Source: Opitutales bacterium (lineage in GTDB: Bacteria; Verrucomicrobiota; Verrucomicrobiia; Opitutales; JABSRG01). Taken from it: a stretch of DNA of 23,774 nucleotides. Both the position numbers and the translations under genes were made by a program. The notes under the pieces are model-generated. The model was not told where the DNA came from, searched no databases, and worked only from the letters and a program-made list of their open reading frames with translations. The DNA lies in NCBI GenBank assembly GCA_049599475.1, contig JBMYOQ010000064.1, positions 1-23,774 of the forward strand, written 5' to 3'. Shown in pieces: positions 18,765 to 23,774 of the stretch (positions are counted from its first letter, which is position 1; every line of letters begins with the position of its first letter).

Positions 18765-19086
18765 CAGATCTAGCTATCGGCTTCCGCGATTCTCGCAAAT
18801 CAAAATTTAAAGATTCACCCAAGGTTTGGCACACTTCGCGAAGTTTTTCCGCATTTCGCCAGTAATATACATCTCGGCACATCTTGCGATAGTCCACAAA
18901 TTCGGCCGATCGCAGAATCTTCAAGTGATGCGAAATCGACGGCTGCGGCATATCCAACTTCACGGCCAACTGGGAAACATTGTTGCCATGCTCACAGTTT
19001 GCCTCCTCCGGGAGAAGCGCAAGAATCCTCAGCCTCACCGGATCAGCAAGGGCCTTCAAAGTGTGACTGAGGCTATTTTCATCCAT
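18730..19086 (-). CDS. ArsR/SmtB-family transcriptional regulator
   Basis: LKALADPVRLRIL, QPSISHHLKILR and VYY wing motif; 118 aa. Confidence 0.9.
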   Translation of the reverse strand: MDENSLSHTLKALADPVRLRILALLPEEANCEHGNNVSQLAVKLDMPQPSISHHLKILRSAEFVDYRKMCRDVYYWRNAEKLREVCQTLGESLNFDLRESRKPIARSDARIEEQHPSI

Positions 19087-19109
19087 CGTAAAAACAGTTA
19101 GACGTATAA

Positions 19110-19133
19110 ATTGACATATTCAAATACGTCAAT
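19110..19133. promoter_or_regulatory. 11-2-11 palindrome, candidate ArsR operator containing oppositely oriented -35-like hexamers
   Basis: ATTGACATATT-CA-AATACGTCAAT has 10 of 11 positions complementary; contains TTGACA on + and TTGACG on -. Confidence 0.7.
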
Positions 19134-19218
19134 ACATGAAGAAGAAATGCTGCTTGAGCCACCTTCCTACGAGGTGCCTCTGCCGCGCTTTCTGCAAACT
19201 TTAGACTAAGCACACTAC

Positions 19219-20415
19219 ATGTACCCTGAAGACTCAAAGGACCAATGGTTTCACGGGCAAGGACTCTGGTCAGACGTTCCAGAACGCGACTGGAAGCGTT
19301 GGCGCTGGCAGCTGCAAAACCGAATAACTTCGGTTGAAAAGCTGGAGGAATACCTGGATCTCACACCTGAAGAGCGCGCAGGTTGCTATTTTTCTGACAA
19401 GAAACTCGCCCTGGCGATCACACCCTACTTCTTCAATTTGATTGATCGGGAGGATCCCAATTGCCCGATTCGCAAGCAGGTGATCCCGAGAGCTGGAGAG
19501 ATGTATACAGCGCCCGAGGAACTCCTCGACCCTGTGGGCGAAGACAATACGAAACCGGTCGAAGGCATCATCCACCGCTATCCGGATCGTGTTCTATTTC
19601 TCGTAACGGATCGCTGCGCCTCTTACTGCCGCTACTGCACACGCAGTCGCTTGGTGTCCAATGCTCAGGATTATAATTTCCATCCAGAATTCGAGGAAGG
19701 ACTTCGCTACATCGAAACCCACCTTCAGGTGCGAGATGTCTTGCTCAGTGGAGGAGATCCTTTGCTGCTGAATGAGAATAAGATCGACTACCTTCTGGGT
19801 CGCCTTCGCGCAATACCGCACGTCGAATTCATCAGAATAGGATCTAGAATTCCCGTTTTTCTTCCACAACGCATCACCCCGGAGCTCTGCTCGATCTTTC
19901 GTAAGCACGGCCCGATATGGATGAGTATTCATGTGAATCATCCACGTGAATGCACGGACGAGCTCAAACAAGCCTGCGAGCGCTTGACCTGTGAAGGGGG
20001 AGTGCCTCTTGGCAATCAGTCTGTCCTGCTCAACGAAGTGAACGATGATGTGGAAACAATGCGCTCGCTAATCCATCGCCTACTGATGATGCGCGTGCGG
20101 CCGTATTACCTTTATCAGTGCGATTTGATCACTGGCTCACGCCACTTACGCGCAGATGTGCGTAAAGGTATCGAGATCATCAAGGGGCTACGCGGACACA
20201 CCACAGGGTATTCCATTCCTCAATTTGTGATCGATGCCCCAGGTGGAGGCGGCAAGGTCCCGGTGAATCCTGATTATGTCGAAAAAATCACGGACGATGA
20301 GGTGGTCATGAAAAACTTCCAGGGCCAGCGCTACGCTTATCCCATCGTTACCGACAATTCGATCGACTACGCAGCGACAGATCTACCCGAAGAAGCCTTA
20401 GCTTTCTTGGAATAA
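19219..20415 (+). CDS. KamA-family radical SAM enzyme (lysine 2,3-aminomutase-like)
   Basis: HRYPDR, CASYCRYC (CxxxCxxC), SGGDP, NQSVLL, PYYLYQCD and PLP-Lys motif DAPGGGGK. Confidence 0.93.
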   Translation: MYPEDSKDQWFHGQGLWSDVPERDWKRWRWQLQNRITSVEKLEEYLDLTPEERAGCYFSDKKLALAITPYFFNLIDREDPNCPIRKQVIPRAGEMYTAPEELLDPVGEDNTKPVEGIIHRYPDRVLFLVTDRCASYCRYCTRSRLVSNAQDYNFHPEFEEGLRYIETHLQVRDVLLSGGDPLLLNENKIDYLLGRLRAIPHVEFIRIGSRIPVFLPQRITPELCSIFRKHGPIWMSIHVNHPRECTDELKQACERLTCEGGVPLGNQSVLLNEVNDDVETMRSLIHRLLMMRVRPYYLYQCDLITGSRHLRADVRKGIEIIKGLRGHTTGYSIPQFVIDAPGGGGKVPVNPDYVEKITDDEVVMKNFQGQRYAYPIVTDNSIDYAATDLPEEALAFLE

Positions 20416-20417
20416 GC

Positions 20418-21506
20418 TCATAATGCCCGGATTGCTTGGGCTTTGATAATCAGATTAACCGGACTAGACACTCTGAGCTGCAGGCAAGCAACGGCATCTG
20501 GTGTAAGCGACGCGACGAGGTCCACACCTTCTGTTCGACAGTGGACCCACACCAGGCCTCCGAACTCTTCCAAACGCGAGACCTCCCCAGAGAGCTGGTT
20601 GCGCGCAGATATGGCCTCGACCCTCTGACTGCTGATCAGCACATCACTTGAGGCTATTTCAACAATTGAGATTTTACGCATCCTGTCCACGGCCAGACCT
20701 GGCAAATAAAGCAGCGGCCCCATACTACTCTCCCCAATCCGCAGGCGAGCTTCTGATGCGACTTCTTCAAAGGAGGCCTCAAAGACATTCACAAACTCCC
20801 CCGATTCAACACCGACACCTTGTCCGAAATAGCGGGTCAACACAGTCGCAGGGCTTCCACGATCTAGGATCTTCCCGCGCTTGAGGACGGCGATCTCCGA
20901 ACACAATACCTGGAGCTCGGTGGGTTCATGAGAAATCACGATGGTGGGAATCTCAAATGCTCTCTGAATCTCGCGAAGGTGTTTCAAAATCTGGGCACGT
21001 AAGCGCTTGTCCATGGAAGACAGCGGCTCATCCAACATCAGAATTTCAGGTCGCGCACACAGAGCGCGCCCCAACGCCACACGCTGGCGCTCGCCTCCCG
21101 AAAGCGTCTCTGGCATGCGATCGAGCAACGGTTCAAGCTCCAACACAGAGATCGTTTTTTCGAATACGTCCAACTCAGCAGCACCGACTTCGATGTTTGA
21201 CCACGCTGCCTGCAGATTTCTCTTCACACTCCAGTGTGGGAACAAACGGTGGTCCTGGGGAACCCAGCCCACTTGGCGTTTGTGAGCAGGGATTTCAACC
21301 TCGTCAGCCAACCACGTTTTTCCATTTATCTTAATACTCCCCAATGCGCCCTTTCGAACTCCGGCAATCGATTCGAGCAATGAAGATTTCCCCGCGCCAG
21401 AAGGTCCAAAAATCCCTACAACAGGGGCATTCGAGGTAAAGGACACCGAGAGATCGAAGTCCTTCAATGGCAGCCTTAAATCCAACTCGATCCAAGTCTC
21501 GCTCAC
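20418..21506 (-). CDS. modC: Molybdate ABC transporter ATP-binding subunit
   Basis: Walker A GPSGAGKS, VPQDHRLFPH, LSGGERQR, LDEP and C-terminal TOBE-like ISARNQL...IKA; GTGA overlap with modB. Confidence 0.88.
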   Translation of the reverse strand: MSETWIELDLRLPLKDFDLSVSFTSNAPVVGIFGPSGAGKSSLLESIAGVRKGALGSIKINGKTWLADEVEIPAHKRQVGWVPQDHRLFPHWSVKRNLQAAWSNIEVGAAELDVFEKTISVLELEPLLDRMPETLSGGERQRVALGRALCARPEILMLDEPLSSMDKRLRAQILKHLREIQRAFEIPTIVISHEPTELQVLCSEIAVLKRGKILDRGSPATVLTRYFGQGVGVESGEFVNVFEASFEEVASEARLRIGESSMGPLLYLPGLAVDRMRKISIVEIASSDVLISSQRVEAISARNQLSGEVSRLEEFGGLVWVHCRTEGVDLVASLTPDAVACLQLRVSSPVNLIIKAQAIRAL

Positions 21507-22177
21507 GCCTGCCCTCCTCGATTTCGCGTGAGGAGCTCAGTCGCATACACGGCGATAAACCCGAGGGCTACCGCGATCCATAAAAGCACCCGAGCTAGAT
21601 CCTCATTTCCAGACTGTTGAGCGCTGTAAATTGCAGATGCAAGGGTCTGCGTGCGCCCGGGAATATTTCCAGCGATAATCACCGACGCTCCAAACTCTCC
21701 AATACAACGCGTAAATCCGAGAATCAGCGCAGCTACCAACCCGCGCATCGCGAGCGGCACAGTAATCGCCCAAAAGCTTTTTAGAGGTGAGAAACCCAAA
21801 GTATGCGCCATCGCCTCCAACCCTGGATCGACAGATTCAAACGCAACGCGAGCAGTTCTCACAATCAAGGGAAAGGACATAATCGCGCAGGCCAAAACCA
21901 CTGCCTGCGGGCTCAACAAAATCCCCAGATCAAGACGACCTAGCAACCCATCCTGTGCGAGGAGGTCCAGCAAGAGAAACCCCACCGCAGTCGGCGGAAG
22001 AACCAATGGCAAATTGACAATACTCGACACAAAGGCTTTGGCAGAAAAATCCTTCCGTACTAGCAGCCAAGCTAAACCGATTGCTGGAATACCGGAAAAC
22101 AAGGTTGCCATCGAAGACCACAACAGAGTGTTCGTCGTGATTTCGATAATCGCCTGATAAAGTTCTCCCGAGGGCAT
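21503..22177 (-). CDS. modB: Molybdate ABC transporter permease
   Basis: LPLVLPPTAVG, SFPL, FTRCIGEFGAS and AGNIPGRTQT; 224 aa. Confidence 0.9.
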   Translation of the reverse strand: MPSGELYQAIIEITTNTLLWSSMATLFSGIPAIGLAWLLVRKDFSAKAFVSSIVNLPLVLPPTAVGFLLLDLLAQDGLLGRLDLGILLSPQAVVLACAIMSFPLIVRTARVAFESVDPGLEAMAHTLGFSPLKSFWAITVPLAMRGLVAALILGFTRCIGEFGASVIIAGNIPGRTQTLASAIYSAQQSGNEDLARVLLWIAVALGFIAVYATELLTRNRGGQA

Positions 22178-22226
22178 AGTTCACGATTGAAGCTAGTCTC
22201 CGCGGGAAGCCAGTCCAGACAAAGCC

Positions 22227-23564
22227 TCAAAAAGCACTTTCCTTCCAGGCCACGTCGTCCTGAGTAATAACATGCTCTATGATGAGCGCTCCACTCGTCT
22301 CGCGAAGCGACAAAGTCAGAACCCGACTGCCCTCTTCTCCACTGACGGACAATTGACCATACTGCGGAGCTTCCGAATAAGCCCGCGGCTCACGGAAGAA
22401 ATTACTCTCAGAAGGGTTGTTCGGATCGAGATAAGTGGTCGAGCCCACCGACATCTCGTAAAGACTGTAGCCACGTGGCCTTACAAATTTAGTAATTTCC
22501 CCGAAGTGTTTGCCTCCAGAAATAAAGACCAGCCCGCTCAAGCGATTGCGCTCAAGTAATCGCATGAAAGGATCCTTGTGCTGATCGGCATATGTGAAGT
22601 TTCCCGGATTATCCGCGGGCACCAACATCGCCGTCCCAGACACGATGACCTTAAACGCCGCATCACTCCGCGACAACGCTCGTAATAACCAAGCTTGCTG
22701 CTCTTCGCTAAACAATCGTGGGACGATCGCGCGCTCCGCATATCCTTGCCGCTCGGAATACGTATCGAGAAAGAAAAACTCCGTATCTGCCCAACGGAAG
22801 CTGTGATACAAAGGAGTCTCGGCATGAGGCTTCAGATGAAAGTTCGACGCGGAGGGCCAATATTGAGAAAAACCAGCCCGCGCCCACACATCTGGAGCAT
22901 AGCTCGGAATACTGTGTTCAGCGGAGAAATTCCCTAATCCGGGGACTGCCTTGTGCCACACGTTAGCAAAGAGCTTACGGGTAGCGGGCTGCGCACGGTT
23001 CACTCCGTGTCGGCGCAGTATACCCCCCATGGAAGAGACATCCATATCTCGTAGAAAAGATGTCGAGCCGGCCCAAATCACACCGCTGAGATTCTGTCCT
23101 TCGAGCCTTGGAAACACATCATGGTTTCCGCCCAGCACTTGATATGGCGGCTCCGCCCCCTCCTCGATCACATAATTATTTCCGATGATCGCTACCGAAA
23201 AGGAAGGAGGTTGCTGAATGTCTTTGTAATGAAACGGGGCCGTGAACAACTCTTCAACCAAGGTCTCTCCATCGGCTTCTACAGAGTAAACATAGGTCCG
23301 GCCCGGATTCACACGGTCCAAACTCGTATCAGAAATTCCGAAATCACCCACCTGAATTGAAGACTCAAAAGTCTTATCAGGCTCAGCCTGATTCGAATAA
23401 CGAATCACTGCATTCTGGGGTGCCTCCTCCCATTGGATCCAGATGCGAGCCTCGCGCGCTGAAAGGTGCGTGATCACTGGACCGGCTAAGATTGTAGCAG
23501 CCTGAGATACAGACGCGAAAAGGAGGGAAATGAGGAAACAGAGAATTCTAGGGGTAGTCTTCAT
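22227..23564 (-). CDS. Secreted PhoD (alkaline phosphatase D)-like protein with degenerate metal-binding motifs
   Basis: Sec-type signal peptide, Fn3-like N-domain (PGRTYVYSV) and PhoD-like segments EFFFLDT, QQAWL...FKVIVSG, LVFISGGKH and YEMSVG. The start is ATG 23564 or TTG 23582. Confidence 0.7.
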   Translation of the reverse strand: MKTTPRILCFLISLLFASVSQAATILAGPVITHLSAREARIWIQWEEAPQNAVIRYSNQAEPDKTFESSIQVGDFGISDTSLDRVNPGRTYVYSVEADGETLVEELFTAPFHYKDIQQPPSFSVAIIGNNYVIEEGAEPPYQVLGGNHDVFPRLEGQNLSGVIWAGSTSFLRDMDVSSMGGILRRHGVNRAQPATRKLFANVWHKAVPGLGNFSAEHSIPSYAPDVWARAGFSQYWPSASNFHLKPHAETPLYHSFRWADTEFFFLDTYSERQGYAERAIVPRLFSEEQQAWLLRALSRSDAAFKVIVSGTAMLVPADNPGNFTYADQHKDPFMRLLERNRLSGLVFISGGKHFGEITKFVRPRGYSLYEMSVGSTTYLDPNNPSESNFFREPRAYSEAPQYGQLSVSGEEGSRVLTLSLRETSGALIIEHVITQDDVAWKESAF

Positions 23565-23703
23565 CAAAGCTGATAAGAGCAAGATTATCCTAAAGAACCC
23601 ACTCGGAGTCGAGGAATAGTTCTCACAGTCTCAATCAGCAGGCTTCTCCCATGGTTTCAACAGAATCTGAGACTAATTCTCAAAAGTACATTCGTAAACC
23701 AAA

Positions 23704-23770
23704 GGTAGCGGCCGACGACCCCGGCGGCCGAATATGCGCTGAAAAGCCGCCGGGGTCGTCGGCTTCTACC
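23704..23770. repeat. GTAG-family REP doublet in inverted orientation (REPIN-like)
   Basis: Copy 1 (+, 23705-23730) GTAG-CGGCCG-ACGACCCCGG-CGGCCG; copy 2 (-, 23744-23769) GTAG-AAGCCG-ACGACCCCGG-CGGCTT; a perfect 18-bp inverted repeat links the copies. Confidence 0.8.
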
Positions 23771-23774
23771 AAAA

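Noticed and set aside
23627..23674. 7-bp inverted repeat AGTCTCA / TGAGACT
   Set aside because: Short arms with a 34-nt spacer; compatible with chance.
1..23774. CRISPR array, tRNA, rRNA or prophage
   Set aside because: No regularly spaced direct repeats, cloverleaf or rRNA signatures, or phage genes were recognised by eye.

Overview
A 23.8-kb bacterial chromosomal window made up mostly of housekeeping and accessory genes. A PVC lineage (possibly Verrucomicrobia/Opitutales) is inferred from the PEP-CTERM protein, mcsA-mcsB-clpC without ctsR, and weak Shine-Dalgarno use; this is not verified. In order: the 3' end of a Gly/Arg-rich CDS with its terminator; a minus-strand operon of an RfbD-like SDR, a LipM/LplA-like ligase and a secreted S41 peptidase; hisC; a CNNM/CorC-family protein; an Xre/MbcA-RES toxin-antitoxin pair with a perfect 12-bp inverted-repeat operator; recD2; a 530-bp unexplained intergenic region; a pyridoxal kinase; mcsA-mcsB-clpC with a terminator; a PEP-CTERM protein followed by a membrane-anchored TPR-like protein; carA overlapped by an ArsR-family regulator, divergent from a KamA-family radical SAM gene across an 11-2-11 palindrome; modC and modB with no adjacent modA, preceded by a secreted PhoD-like protein whose metal-ligand motifs are largely lost; and a GTAG-type REP doublet at the right edge. 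The best leads are the pseudo-PhoD sitting in the modA slot, the ArsR/carA/kamA divergon, the covarying REP doublet and the PEP-CTERM/TPR pair. No CRISPR array, rRNA, tRNA, transposase or prophage was recognised.
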